A stretch of 64,000 nt of DNA from Fibrobacteria bacterium (GCA_043745805.1 JAYTSD010000004.1:213150-277149), one strand, 5' to 3'; positions 1 to 10,479 are shown, counted from the first letter of the stretch. Program-made: numbers and translations. Notes: generated by a model from the sequence alone, not told the origin.

Positions 1-1
1 T

Positions 2-406
2 TTTATTGCGGATGATTATTTTGGTTTTGATGATGCCATTTATGCAGCTTGCCGAGTCCTTAATATTATGGATAAAACCGGCAAAACTATCACCCAACTT
101 CTGGAAGGTGTTCCCCGTTACCCCAATACTCCTGAAATCCGTTGCGAATGCGAAAATGATGATGAAAAATTTAAAATCACTGCCAAAGCTGTAAAGTATT
201 TTTCCGAGAATTATAAAGTTTTAGCCATAGATGGTGTGCGCATTTTGTTCTCTGATGGTTGGGGTCTAGTGCGAGCTTCCAATACACAACCCACTCTAGT
301 CACACGCTTTGAAGGCAAAACGGCTGCACGCCGTGATGAAATTAAAAATATGGTACTAAACAAAATCCAAGAGTTTGGTAATATCATCATTGGATCAAAG
401 CATTAA
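2..406 (+). CDS. Phosphomannomutase/phosphoglucomutase, C-terminal part (5' end outside the window)
   Basis: Frame is open from base 2 (FIADDYFGFDDAIYAACR...). C-terminal DGVRILFSDGWGLVRASNTQP motif is typical of AlgC-type PMM/PGM. Confidence 0.9.
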   Translation, partial: FIADDYFGFDDAIYAACRVLNIMDKTGKTITQLLEGVPRYPNTPEIRCECENDDEKFKITAKAVKYFSENYKVLAIDGVRILFSDGWGLVRASNTQPTLVTRFEGKTAARRDEIKNMVLNKIQEFGNIIIGSKH

Positions 407-425
407 AAAAATATTCTTGTTAAAT

Positions 426-458
426 AAAAAAAGGACGATTACATAATCGTCCTTTTTT
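426..458. terminator. Bidirectional intrinsic terminator
   Basis: A7-GGACGATT-acat-AATCGTCC-T6 between convergent genes. Confidence 0.85.
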
Positions 459-519
459 GCAGCGTTCCTCTGTTACATAGCAATTATCTGACCTAGCAGA
501 GGAGTTCCGTTGCGCGGGA

Positions 520-2499
520 TTATTTTATTTGTCCATTCCTTTTTAGCCAATCTTTCATTGCTAGAAATAAAGCTTGTTTCTTTGCATTACTATTTTCGCC
601 AGCGATTTGAAAAACACCACGTTTTTGGCTGAAAAGATATTCGCTTTCCCCAGAAGAACTAACTGGAGCGAGATTATTCAAATCCCAATCGATGGGTATT
701 TGCTGTGGAAATTGCAAAAGTAACTGCTTCAATTCCAATAAAGCCTCCGCAGATATTTGGACATAAAATCGTATGGCTTTTGTATTATCATTAGGATTAC
801 TTTTAATATTTAAAACTCTTCCTTTTTCCGAGATATAAATATCGACCAAACAAGGTTTTGATTCCAGTCCATCAAAACGAAATTCTTGTGAACTTTGTAA
901 AATGCGATAATTCAATAATGGATCCATAAATTCCAAATCGATTGGAATAATTCTTTCTCGTAATTCTAAAGAATCAGCAGTATAACGTTGTATCAGATTG
1001 GATCCTTGTGGATTCGAAATGTGAAAAACCTCAACCCCTTTTCCATTCATTTCTATCATCATGGAACCTACGCGCTCTGATGAACTTGTATTTTTATACC
1101 ACGATGACTTTATGTTTTCTAATAAATGAATATTTTGAAAATAATCGACTTGTTTAAAACTGCGTAGGCGCATTGCTTTGCCACGTGTCACATTATCCGG
1201 AACAAGCACAAAACTGACTTGCTGCCCAGGCTTTAATTGTGAACTATTTAACGATTGTTCATAGGTGTGAAGGTTATACCGCAATAATGCATCTTGATGT
1301 CCAATGCCTCCTTCACCGAGATTTTGTAATTCCCCTCCTAACGGTAAAACTATATAATTAGGTAATGAGGTATCGCCTACAAAGCTTATTTCATCAAGTC
1401 CCCAAAATTGCAAATCATTTCCCTGTAATAATTTTTTCTTATTGATCTTAAATTTCCAGTATACTTCTCCATTAATAGATCCAAAATTAGTCGGCTCAAT
1501 AGCTTGCGCATCAATTATAAAATATGGCATTGTTTGTTGAGATTCACTGGCAAGATTAAAAATCCACTTCTTTTCTACCATGCCACTTTGTAGATAAATT
1601 TTCAAAACAATCTTATTGCTAAACCCTTCCAAAAGCATATTTGAATTCATTTCTAAACTTGGAGCCAATTTATATTGGCTTTCCATATCGGCATTCAAAT
1701 ATTTATTGTGAGGGATGCTTTTACCATTTGCGCTCCAAACTACCGAGTCAATCAAGGCCATAGGAGCATCCACTTGCACTTGAAAAGCCCAAGGCAATTG
1801 GCTAAATGAGGCTCTGATGGTATCACCCATATTTCCATCTATCACATAGCCATAATTAAGCTTGAGCGTGTCGGCTATAGTTGTTTTGCGACCAGGTTCG
1901 ATATGAATAGGAATATTATTTAAAGGATTAGCCCCTTCGTATTGAACAGTTAATAAATAATCCCCAGTTGGAATTTTGTTAAAGTTGAAGCGACCATTTA
2001 ATTCCGACTCAATTGTCCATGGGGTTCCAATTAAATGTAAAGTGAATTTTTTGTGGTGCAAGGGATCGTTCGTCCAAGCCACGCCTTCAATGGATCCGAG
2101 GCTGTCGAGACGTAATTTACTTAAATTATTTTCCATCTCGGGATTGTAATTATAATCGTATACCAAGCCCAAATTTACGCTATCGGTTGCAATTAATAAA
2201 TAATTACCGGCATCCATTTTAGTAAAGCTGAATTCACCATTATCATTTGAAGTTGTTCGAAATATGGCTCCATCCTTACGAGAATACATAGAGACTGAAG
2301 CATTTTTTAGTGGATCATAATGTGGGTTTAAAATCATCCCTGTAACATTACCCGCTTCGGTGCCGCCACCGCGGGGTGTAGAACTCAACCTATTATCTAA
2401 ATCAAAGGTTTGGTCGCAACCTATTAATAACAAGCCTGCGAAAAAGAAAAACAGCAATGTTTTACGATTTTTTTTCACAGAGGCGAAACTCAATTCCAT
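520..2499 (-). CDS. Lipoprotein with carboxypeptidase-regulatory-like (beta-sandwich) domains, partner of a TIGR02147-type gene
   Basis: Lipobox LLIGC, GGGTEAGN linker, G-x-F-x-F...G-x-Y repeats. Start placed at ATG 2499 (GAGGA RBS upstream) rather than the track start 2580. Confidence 0.7.
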   Translation of the reverse strand: MELSFASVKKNRKTLLFFFFAGLLLIGCDQTFDLDNRLSSTPRGGGTEAGNVTGMILNPHYDPLKNASVSMYSRKDGAIFRTTSNDNGEFSFTKMDAGNYLLIATDSVNLGLVYDYNYNPEMENNLSKLRLDSLGSIEGVAWTNDPLHHKKFTLHLIGTPWTIESELNGRFNFNKIPTGDYLLTVQYEGANPLNNIPIHIEPGRKTTIADTLKLNYGYVIDGNMGDTIRASFSQLPWAFQVQVDAPMALIDSVVWSANGKSIPHNKYLNADMESQYKLAPSLEMNSNMLLEGFSNKIVLKIYLQSGMVEKKWIFNLASESQQTMPYFIIDAQAIEPTNFGSINGEVYWKFKINKKKLLQGNDLQFWGLDEISFVGDTSLPNYIVLPLGGELQNLGEGGIGHQDALLRYNLHTYEQSLNSSQLKPGQQVSFVLVPDNVTRGKAMRLRSFKQVDYFQNIHLLENIKSSWYKNTSSSERVGSMMIEMNGKGVEVFHISNPQGSNLIQRYTADSLELRERIIPIDLEFMDPLLNYRILQSSQEFRFDGLESKPCLVDIYISEKGRVLNIKSNPNDNTKAIRFYVQISAEALLELKQLLLQFPQQIPIDWDLNNLAPVSSSGESEYLFSQKRGVFQIAGENSNAKKQALFLAMKDWLKRNGQIK

Positions 2500-2515
2500 T
2501 GTGTAGTCCTCAGTT

Positions 2516-3340
2516 TCATTTGCGCGTGAGAGGGAATAATTGCAAATTGCATTGGAAAATTCTATCGGGCTTAATTTCATCTAAAGCCATTTTTAATATT
2601 CTTTTTCGCAATAATCGAATTTCTTCTACCGCGGCCAAAAAACTAGTGTCCGACAAAGTTACCGTGAGCACAGAAATATCTCGGTCAGGATGAGGAATTC
2701 TATCAATGGCTGTTTTCGCTAATTCCATAGTAGCCACTTGAAAATTCGCCACCTGCAAAGATTTTACTTCATCCCCAGTGCCAATTAAATTTTCTTTTTG
2801 ACGATAAATTCCTTTACCGTCTTTTTCGATTAAACCTAATTGCGTCAACACTTCTATCGCTTCTTTGGCATCTTGGGTTTTGATACTGGGCAACATTTTC
2901 TTTGCAAGCGCTTCATAATCATTTCGAAAAGGAAAGAAAAATAAAAGCTCCCTAATAGCAACATAATGCCATTTGGAAAATAATTCGTATTGTGATTCTT
3001 CTATTTTTTTTATCCGCAAAGGTTTAATAGAAAGCAAATTACGGAAAAAGCGATTTTTATCCGCTAAGGTTTTGGACTGATTAAAGGCGACTAAGTTTTC
3101 AAAATAAAAAGTGGATTTTTTGTCGAGCTGCAAAGCTTCGGCTAATTTGCTTACATGCGAGAGTGGTAAATTACGTTTTTTGGTAATGATATTGGATAAA
3201 AAACCACTGGAGCTCACACCCATTTTAGCCAATAAATAACGATGGGAAAACTTAGGCTTAATCGCCTTCATTTCCTTCAACCAATCCGATAGATATTGGC
3301 GATAATCGTAATATGCAAAAAGATCCAATGAACTGTTCAC
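2516..3340 (-). CDS. TIGR02147 family protein (HTH plus DUF4423-like putative regulator)
   Basis: YYDYRQYL...FSHR N-terminus, WHYVAIRELL, RDISVLT and terminal CNLQLFPLT motifs. Confidence 0.9.
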   Translation of the reverse strand: MNSSLDLFAYYDYRQYLSDWLKEMKAIKPKFSHRYLLAKMGVSSSGFLSNIITKKRNLPLSHVSKLAEALQLDKKSTFYFENLVAFNQSKTLADKNRFFRNLLSIKPLRIKKIEESQYELFSKWHYVAIRELLFFFPFRNDYEALAKKMLPSIKTQDAKEAIEVLTQLGLIEKDGKGIYRQKENLIGTGDEVKSLQVANFQVATMELAKTAIDRIPHPDRDISVLTVTLSDTSFLAAVEEIRLLRKRILKMALDEIKPDRIFQCNLQLFPLTRK

Positions 3341-3417
3341 AAGATCTAGTATAGATTGCAGAATTAAATGGCGCTGCCCATTTTAAAAAATTACTGCTTA
3401 CAAATTGGGAGCAGGTT

Positions 3418-4530
3418 TTAACCCTTATAGGTATCGCCAAAGACAATATCCGGCTCATTTTTTCCATTTAGCTCTTTTACTTCATGGAATACACGACCCC
3501 GATAATTCACCACACTGGCAAAAAAAGCATCTAATTCAGTAAAAAATTCATCCGTAGATTGTGACCTTAATAAGGTGGTACGCCCTTTGGCACTATTGGG
3601 TAAGCATTTCATAGTACGCGCCGCCATTTGCTTGAGCTTGCCTAGCACGCGCATTTCTATGTCCATTTCTTCGCGCAATAATTCGGCATAGAGTCGAAAA
3701 ATATCGCGTTGTTCATCGAGTGTCGGCTCTTTAGGAATAATGCCGGCATAGACATCGGCCACTTGATTGAATATCCAAGGATTATGCATCGCGCCGCGAC
3801 CAATAGCCACACCGTCTACGCCCCATCGCTCTAATTTATCCACCACATCGTCTACCGTGAGGATGTCCCCATTGCCCACCACGGGAATGCTTGCACGACT
3901 TTTGGCTTCCGCCATAATCTCCCAATTGGCCAAACCCTTATACCCTTGTGCGCGCGTGCGGCCGTGAATCACTAAGGCACTAGCCCCTTCGCCTTCAACA
4001 ATGCGTTGAGTTTCGGGTAAGTTGATGCAATCATCACTCCAACCAATTCGCACTTTTACTGTAACCGGGATTTTAACTGCCTTTTGCACTTTGCCGATAA
4101 TATTTTTCAAATTATCTAAGTCTTTAAGCAAACCGGAGCCGCCACCTTTTTGCACTACTTTGGGCGCGGGGCAACCACAATTGATTTCCACAAAATCAGC
4201 ACCGCAGTCTTCTACCATTTGCGCTCCCCAAGCCATGCGCTCAGGTTCGCCACCAAAAATCTGTACCGTAAAAGGACGTTCTTCTTCCGCAAAAGCCATT
4301 TGTCGACAACATTTGGGATTCAAGCGGGTAATCCCTTCCACCGAAACAAATTCCGAAACCATTAAGCCTGTGCGTCCGCCCGCTAGGCGAGAGACTAATC
4401 GACGAAAAGAAATATCGGTTACCCCAGACATAGGCGCTAAATACACATTGGGGAAAATATCTTTTCCCGCTACCGTGTAGCGTTGTTTAATCTTGGCGGC
4501 TCTCGCCAATAAATCTTCGTGATAAGTCAT
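3418..4530 (-). CDS. dusB: tRNA-dihydrouridine synthase (DusB/NifR3 family)
   Basis: LAPMSGVTD, EINCGCP, VKVRIGW, IHGRTR and GNGDI motifs. Confidence 0.9.
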   Translation of the reverse strand: MTYHEDLLARAAKIKQRYTVAGKDIFPNVYLAPMSGVTDISFRRLVSRLAGGRTGLMVSEFVSVEGITRLNPKCCRQMAFAEEERPFTVQIFGGEPERMAWGAQMVEDCGADFVEINCGCPAPKVVQKGGGSGLLKDLDNLKNIIGKVQKAVKIPVTVKVRIGWSDDCINLPETQRIVEGEGASALVIHGRTRAQGYKGLANWEIMAEAKSRASIPVVGNGDILTVDDVVDKLERWGVDGVAIGRGAMHNPWIFNQVADVYAGIIPKEPTLDEQRDIFRLYAELLREEMDIEMRVLGKLKQMAARTMKCLPNSAKGRTTLLRSQSTDEFFTELDAFFASVVNYRGRVFHEVKELNGKNEPDIVFGDTYKG

Positions 4531-4553
4531 TTTATTTTTTTCCCAGCCGTTTA

Positions 4554-5813
4554 CTATGCAGCTACGAAAGCATTTTTATAAAGAGGAAAATGCGCACATA
4601 ATTCTTTAACGTCATTATGAATCGTTTGCAAATACGCTTCATCGCCTACATGCATTATTGCTCTATCAATAAAATCCGCTACTTGACGAATTTCACTCGC
4701 ACCCATGCCACGTGTAGTAATAGCTGCCGTGCCTAAGCGCACGCCCGAGGGATCCATGGCTTTTCGCGTATCAAAAGGTACGGTACTACGACTGCAAGAA
4801 ATTCCAATTTTATCGAGCGCCACTTCAGCTGCTTTACCCGCAACATCTTTGTTACGTAGATCAACAACCATCAAATGATTATCCGTGCCGTCGGTTAAAA
4901 TGCGATAACCTTTTTCCATTAATGCCGACGCTAAAGTTTGTGCATTGATAATCACATTTTTCGCATAGGTTTGGAATTCAGGTTGCAAAGCTTCTTTAAA
5001 GCAAACCGCTTTAGCAGCATTGATATGATCATGTGGGCCGCCTTGTATACCAGGGAATATGGAACGATCGATATCCTTTTGGAATTGGCTTTTGCACATG
5101 ATAATCGCGCCGCGCGGGCCACGCAAAGTTTTGTGAGTAGTCGTAGTTACTATATCAAAAAGAGGCACGGGATTCTCAATAGCTTTACCGGCTATGAGGC
5201 CTGCGACATGCGCAATATCACCAAAAGTGATTGCACCCACTTCGTCGGCAATACTTTTAAAAGCTTTCCAATCGATATTGCGTGAGTAAGCGGAGAAACC
5301 GGCGATGATCATTTTCGGACGTTCACGCAAAGCAATTTCGCGTACTTTGTTCATATCAATACGACAAGTTTTTTCATCCACTTCATACTGTGAAAACTGA
5401 TACATCATACCGGAAAAATTCACGGGATGGCCATGGGATAAATGTCCACCATGATCGAGTTTTAAACCAAGCACTTTATCGCCAGGTTTTGCCACCGCTA
5501 AATACACCGCTAAATTGGCAGGCGAACCGGAAAGTGGTTGAATATTAACATGCTCAGCACCGAATAATTCTTTGGCGCGCGCAATGGCTAAAGTTTCCAT
5601 TTGGTCGATGACTTCATTGCCCCCATAATAGCGTTTGCCAGGGTAACCTTCGGAATACTTATTGGTGAGTACGGATCCCATGGCTTCTAAAATTGCTGGG
5701 CTCACATAATTTTCGGAGGCGATAAGCTCAATGCCTTCTTCTTGGCGTTTGGCTTCATGCTGAATAATTTTCAGGATTTCGGTATCGGTGTGCTTTAAGT
5801 TTTGCATAGTCAT
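4554..5813 (-). CDS. glyA: Serine hydroxymethyltransferase
   Basis: LIASENY, NKYSEGYPGKRYYGG, TTTTHKTLRGPRG (PLP lysine). Confidence 0.98.
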   Translation of the reverse strand: MTMQNLKHTDTEILKIIQHEAKRQEEGIELIASENYVSPAILEAMGSVLTNKYSEGYPGKRYYGGNEVIDQMETLAIARAKELFGAEHVNIQPLSGSPANLAVYLAVAKPGDKVLGLKLDHGGHLSHGHPVNFSGMMYQFSQYEVDEKTCRIDMNKVREIALRERPKMIIAGFSAYSRNIDWKAFKSIADEVGAITFGDIAHVAGLIAGKAIENPVPLFDIVTTTTHKTLRGPRGAIIMCKSQFQKDIDRSIFPGIQGGPHDHINAAKAVCFKEALQPEFQTYAKNVIINAQTLASALMEKGYRILTDGTDNHLMVVDLRNKDVAGKAAEVALDKIGISCSRSTVPFDTRKAMDPSGVRLGTAAITTRGMGASEIRQVADFIDRAIMHVGDEAYLQTIHNDVKELCAHFPLYKNAFVAA

Positions 5814-6058
5814 CCGGCTTTAAAGGAAGCGGCAAATGTAGAAAAATCACGGGTTTTATTGGGCGGGAAAGATGTTACTCGGAATTGAGAAATTCGGGAC
5901 GCTAAAGGATTTTATCAGCTATTAAAACAAAAATAACCTAAGGCAAGCTAACTACATCTAAATCAATTAGTTTCATTAACCCAAAATACCAGTTTTGGCG
6001 TATATGCAAAAAACCAAAGCTTCCCTTAGTTGTTCGTAACTCCTAAATTTTAGCTCCT

Positions 6059-7240
6059 TTAACTCCTGTAAGAAGCGTTAATCTTGACATAGTCATAAGT
6101 CAAGTCGCAGGTCCAATAAGTCCACTCACTAGAGCCGGAGTGCAGATTTAAAACGATGGAAATATCTTTAGCCAACATTTTATCCGCCACGTCCTTTTCC
6201 ACATAACTCGCCGGATTGCCACCCCGTAACACGGGTGTTTCGCAAAAATCGAGATCGAGTTTTTGTGGATCAAAAGCCACACCACAAGAGCCCGCCGCTG
6301 CAACCACACGACCCCAATTGGGATCGCCGCCGAACAGTGCGGTTTTCACTAAAGGAGAATTCGCCACCCCTTGCGCTATGGTTTTGGCTTGCGCCGCATT
6401 TTCGCAGCTTTTTACTTGAATGGTGACTAACTTGGTCGCCCCTTCCCCATCACGCACAATAAGCTTGGCTAATTTTTGCATTAAGGAAAGTAAAGAGTCG
6501 TCGAAGGATTTTTGCTCCGTAGCATGGAGGTTAACATAATTCACACCACTGGCCCCATTGGCTAAAAGCAAGGCCGTGTCATTGGTGCTCATATCGCCAT
6601 CTACCGAAATGGAATTAAAACTTTTCTCCACCAAGGCTGCGAATTTTTCTTGATAACTTGCCGGTAATGCTATATCTGTGGTGAGATAAGCCAGCATGGT
6701 AGCCATATTGGGACGTATCATGCCCGCGCCTTTGACCGCGCCGCCGATGCGGATTTCTTCGCCTTGAATCGTTAAGGAAATCTCTCCGATTTTTTCAAAG
6801 GTATCCGTAGTCATAATGGCCTGATGAAAGGGGCTATAATCCTTTTCCTTGGCGAATAAACGGCGAATGCCCGCGCTTAATTTTTCCATTGGTAATACTT
6901 CGCCAATAACCCCGGTGGAAGAAATTAAAAGATCGCCCTTGGCGGATGAAACCTCGAGTAAAAGAGAGGCCGTTTCTAAAACATTTTTATCACCGACTTC
7001 GCCTGTACAGGCATTAGCATTGCCGCTATTGACTAAAACATGAGAGATTTTTTTTCCGCTCTGTAAAACTTTAATGTCATATTTCACCGGCGCCGCTTGA
7101 AAAACATTGGTGGTGAATACGCCGAAGGTTTGTGCGGGAGGTTCGGAAACTAAAATGCCTAAATCGGGTTTGCCATTTTTTTTTATTTGGCAAGCCAAGC
7201 CCCAAGCGATAAAGCCCTTTGGATAAGTCACATTTTGCAT
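6059..7240 (-). CDS. argJ: Bifunctional ornithine acetyltransferase/N-acetylglutamate synthase
   Basis: NSGNANACTG, KGAGMIRPNMATML, DGDMSTND, DGEGATK, terminal INASYRS. Confidence 0.97.
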   Translation of the reverse strand: MQNVTYPKGFIAWGLACQIKKNGKPDLGILVSEPPAQTFGVFTTNVFQAAPVKYDIKVLQSGKKISHVLVNSGNANACTGEVGDKNVLETASLLLEVSSAKGDLLISSTGVIGEVLPMEKLSAGIRRLFAKEKDYSPFHQAIMTTDTFEKIGEISLTIQGEEIRIGGAVKGAGMIRPNMATMLAYLTTDIALPASYQEKFAALVEKSFNSISVDGDMSTNDTALLLANGASGVNYVNLHATEQKSFDDSLLSLMQKLAKLIVRDGEGATKLVTIQVKSCENAAQAKTIAQGVANSPLVKTALFGGDPNWGRVVAAAGSCGVAFDPQKLDLDFCETPVLRGGNPASYVEKDVADKMLAKDISIVLNLHSGSSEWTYWTCDLTYDYVKINASYRS

Positions 7241-7410
7241 AAACCCTCAATAAAACTCAAAAGATATCGTAAAAAATTATGATTCGCAGCCTTTTTTAGT
7301 GCAAATTCTGTAAACTTGCCGAAAGTTCTGCTCTTAAAATTGGTAAAAATCTATATTTTGTATCAGCTAAACCAATACTTTTGGTTTGAGATCAAATTTT
7401 AGAATGCATT

Positions 7411-7449
7411 AACGACTATGCTATTAAAAGTAGCAGGCAGTCGTTTTTT
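7411..7449 (+). terminator. Terminator-like hairpin in the greA 5' leader
   Basis: AACGACT-a-TGCTA...TAGCA-ggc-AGTCGTT followed by a T run, about 70 nt upstream of greA. Confidence 0.55.
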
Positions 7450-7519
7450 GTTTCAGTTAAATATTTCAAAGTCTTGAAATATTTAACTGTGAATTTTGCC
7501 GTAATGGCATGGAGGTTTT

Positions 7520-7993
7520 ATGAGTGATGGAAGAATTCCGATGACGCAATTGGCTTTTGATAAGCTGACGGCGGAATTAGAAGTTTTAAAAAAAACCGAT
7601 AGGCCTGCGATTATTTATGAAATTGCTACGGCGCGCGCGCAAGGTGATTTGAGTGAAAATGCGGAGTATCATGCGGCCAAAGAAAAGCAAGGCGTGATTG
7701 AAGACAAGATTAAAGAAGTGGAAGATAAATTAGCACGTTCCGAAATTATGACGCTTTCCGCTGCGGATAGTGATCATGTTATTTTTGGCGCCATCGTTTC
7801 CGTAAAAAATTTAGGTACCAATAAAGTTTTGGAATATACCTTGGTGAGTTCCGATGAAGTCGATGTGCCCAATGGAAAAATTTCTTCGGCCTCTCCTATC
7901 GGTAAAAGTTTGCTGGGCAAAAAATCAGGCGATGTCGTGGAAGTTATGATTCCCAAGGGTTTAATTCAATTGGAAATTTTGAATTACCGTTAA
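7520..7993 (+). CDS. greA: Transcription elongation factor GreA
   Basis: ARAQGDLSENAEYHAAKE, ISSASPIGKSLLGK; GGAGG RBS. Confidence 0.97.
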   Translation: MSDGRIPMTQLAFDKLTAELEVLKKTDRPAIIYEIATARAQGDLSENAEYHAAKEKQGVIEDKIKEVEDKLARSEIMTLSAADSDHVIFGAIVSVKNLGTNKVLEYTLVSSDEVDVPNGKISSASPIGKSLLGKKSGDVVEVMIPKGLIQLEILNYR

Positions 7994-8970
7994 TGCCCTT
8001 ATTTGCATTTAGCGGCAATGATGATTTAAGCAAACAGGAAGCCTTGGACAAGGCTTTGCTGCAATGGTTAAATGCTGCGGGCTTTGCTGCACAAAGTGAT
8101 CAAGATGGCTCGCTGCATAAAGAATTTTTTTTTGGTGATGACTTTCCAGTTGAGCGTTTTATGGAGAGTTATCAAACCGTTTCACTTTTCGTTGAAAAAA
8201 AAGCTCTCATTCTCAAAAATGTGGATAAAGTTCCCGCCGCTAGCTTGAAACGTTTGGAAACGCTTTTCAAAACCGATAATCCTGATAGAGCGGTATTTGC
8301 CACGCTCGATAAATGGGGCACCGGATCTACTTTGAAAAAAATCTTTACCCAGCATGGTGAAATTTCGGAATTTAAATTGCCTTATGCGAATCAAATTCCC
8401 GCTTGGCTGAATCAACGCGCCAAACAAAAATATCAAAGGCATTTGGGATTAAGCGAAGCGCAATTTTTGCAAGATATGGTGGGCGCAGACATGGCTGAAT
8501 TGGATAGAGAATTAGAAAAGCTCGATACTTTTTTGCCCAAGAAGCAGGCGATTTCCCATGCCGATATTGAAGAGTTGATTGCGCCGACACGTGCCATCGA
8601 TATTTTTGAATTTCAAAAAAATATGGGCTTAAGGCAGAAAACCTTGCAATTGCAGGCCTTGCGGAGCATGCTCGATAATGGGGATCCCGCTTTTCAAATT
8701 GCTTTATTATTGTTTCGGCACTTTTTGGTTTTGTTAAAAATCCGCGATCGACTCGATCAAGGGCAAAATCCCAAGGATATCGCCGATGCACTCAAGCTCA
8801 ATTATTTTTTTCATTTCCAACGTTTAAATTTTGTCGATCAAGCGCGCTCACGCAGCGTGACGCTATGGAAAAAATGTCTTATTCGTTTGTCACAAATGGA
8901 ATTGGAATTTAAACAAGGCAAAATGACGCAACGATTTGAAATTGAAATGGCTTTTGCGACTTTAGTTTAA
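7993..8970 (+). CDS. holA: DNA polymerase III delta subunit
   Basis: SLF motif, ELEKLDTF, degenerate AAA+ layout, 325 aa, TAATG coupling to greA. Confidence 0.85.
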   Translation: MPLFAFSGNDDLSKQEALDKALLQWLNAAGFAAQSDQDGSLHKEFFFGDDFPVERFMESYQTVSLFVEKKALILKNVDKVPAASLKRLETLFKTDNPDRAVFATLDKWGTGSTLKKIFTQHGEISEFKLPYANQIPAWLNQRAKQKYQRHLGLSEAQFLQDMVGADMAELDRELEKLDTFLPKKQAISHADIEELIAPTRAIDIFEFQKNMGLRQKTLQLQALRSMLDNGDPAFQIALLLFRHFLVLLKIRDRLDQGQNPKDIADALKLNYFFHFQRLNFVDQARSRSVTLWKKCLIRLSQMELEFKQGKMTQRFEIEMAFATLV

Positions 8971-9023
8971 TATAATCTTCTTTTCTATTCTTCTATTCTC
9001 ATTGTCTTTTATTGGAGGTCACT

Positions 9024-9773
9024 GTGAACACCCTTACCCCACGTGTGAAAACAGGTTGTGAAGGACTCGATCAAATTTTACATGGCGGCCTTTTAGAAGG
9101 CAATGCCACCTTGATTGAAGGTTCTGCCGGCACCGGCAAAACCACTTTAGCTACGCAATTTATTATGCAAGGCGTGAAAGAAAATGAACATGGTGTACTT
9201 TTCGCTTTCGAAGAATATCCTGAACAATATTATGATTGCGCTGCTGAATTAGGTTGGGATTTGCGTGGCTTAGAAAAAGCCGGAAAAATCAGTGTGATTT
9301 TTACTACTCCCGAAAGTTTTTTGGAAGAGATCGAAGAAGACGATGGTCGTCTCACGAAATTGTTTGAAGAGAAAAAAACCAAGCGTGTGGTGATCGATAG
9401 CATTACCCATTTTGAAAAACTCTCACCTGAAATTGGTCAATTGCGCAGTATTGAAACCGATATTGTCAATGCCATGAAGCGCGAAGGTATTACGGCATTG
9501 GTTTTAAAAGAGAATGCCAATGTGCTCGGTAAATGGGATGTTTCGATGAACAAAATTCCATTTATTGTGGACACTTATATTTTGTTACGCTATTTGGAAA
9601 TGGATTCACAAATTAAGCGCTGCCTTATGGTTTTAAAAATGCGCGGTAGCGATCATGATAAAGATATTCGCGAATATGTGATTGAAAAGGGTGGCTTAAA
9701 AGTGGGAGAGAAATTCTCAGGCGTTTCGGGAATTTTCCTCGGCACCGGCATTCATGCCCGAGCTGCAAAATAA
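9024..9773 (+). CDS. Single-domain KaiC-like/RecA-superfamily ATPase
   Basis: RVKTGCEGLDQILHGG, Walker A GSAGTGKT, FEE, RVVIDSI, VLKMRGSDHD. GTG start after GGAGG. Confidence 0.88.
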   Translation: MNTLTPRVKTGCEGLDQILHGGLLEGNATLIEGSAGTGKTTLATQFIMQGVKENEHGVLFAFEEYPEQYYDCAAELGWDLRGLEKAGKISVIFTTPESFLEEIEEDDGRLTKLFEEKKTKRVVIDSITHFEKLSPEIGQLRSIETDIVNAMKREGITALVLKENANVLGKWDVSMNKIPFIVDTYILLRYLEMDSQIKRCLMVLKMRGSDHDKDIREYVIEKGGLKVGEKFSGVSGIFLGTGIHARAAK

Positions 9774-9785
9774 TACGCATGAACT

Positions 9786-10469
9786 TCATTTTGGTATGAC
9801 CAGAGCGGTTTGCATTTGCAAAAGCTCTTGGTATAAAGCCTGAAATTCCGCCACCCAAAAAGGATCTTGCCCTTTTAAGGTATTGAAAAAATCTTTCAAA
9901 TTCCAGCGATCATTATAAGGGCCTACGACTTGCTCAGGCAAATGCGTTTTATTTGTTCCCATTTTGGCTTGCTTTGTTTTGCTCACTGCGCGTAAGGCCA
10001 CCATACGATGACGTAACAGGCGCGTATACAAGCGCGAACGAAAATCCGTCAAGTCAGTATTATGCGTTCTATCTATGTTGCGATTCGTCGTTTTGCTTTC
10101 CGAAAGCTTATCTTCGAAGCGTTGCATCCATTGCAAACCTTGGGCTTTTTCTAAATTCGAAATGCCACGACCACTATTTTGTAAAGTTTTTTTAACGCGC
10201 CGAATTTTTTCTTTATTCCAATCCTGTAAGGGTTGAGAAAGCGTGCGCGTCTTTTTGATTTTAGGTGAAGTGGATTTTTGTCCCTGCGCTAAAAGTTTTT
10301 CTGCTTTATTTAAAAAATAGACTCCGGCTTTATTCTGTAATTTGGATTCCGCTTGTTTTAATAGTAAGCCCACATAACGCGCTTTAGGGCGCGATAAGCC
10401 CGTGCTTGGCAACTGCTGACGTAAAGCCTGCAATTGCTCCATTAAAACTGGGTTTAAAGTTTCGGACAT
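9786..10469 (-). CDS. Hypothetical protein, DUF2894 (ZorG)-like C-terminus
   Basis: C-terminal PEQVVGPYNDRWNL...DPFWVAEFQALYQELLQM resembles my recollection of the DUF2894 pattern (P..AGPLNS...SP.YL..F..Y...LL.L). Confidence 0.5.
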   Translation of the reverse strand: MSETLNPVLMEQLQALRQQLPSTGLSRPKARYVGLLLKQAESKLQNKAGVYFLNKAEKLLAQGQKSTSPKIKKTRTLSQPLQDWNKEKIRRVKKTLQNSGRGISNLEKAQGLQWMQRFEDKLSESKTTNRNIDRTHNTDLTDFRSRLYTRLLRHRMVALRAVSKTKQAKMGTNKTHLPEQVVGPYNDRWNLKDFFNTLKGQDPFWVAEFQALYQELLQMQTALVIPK

Positions 10470-10479
10470 AAATTAAAGC

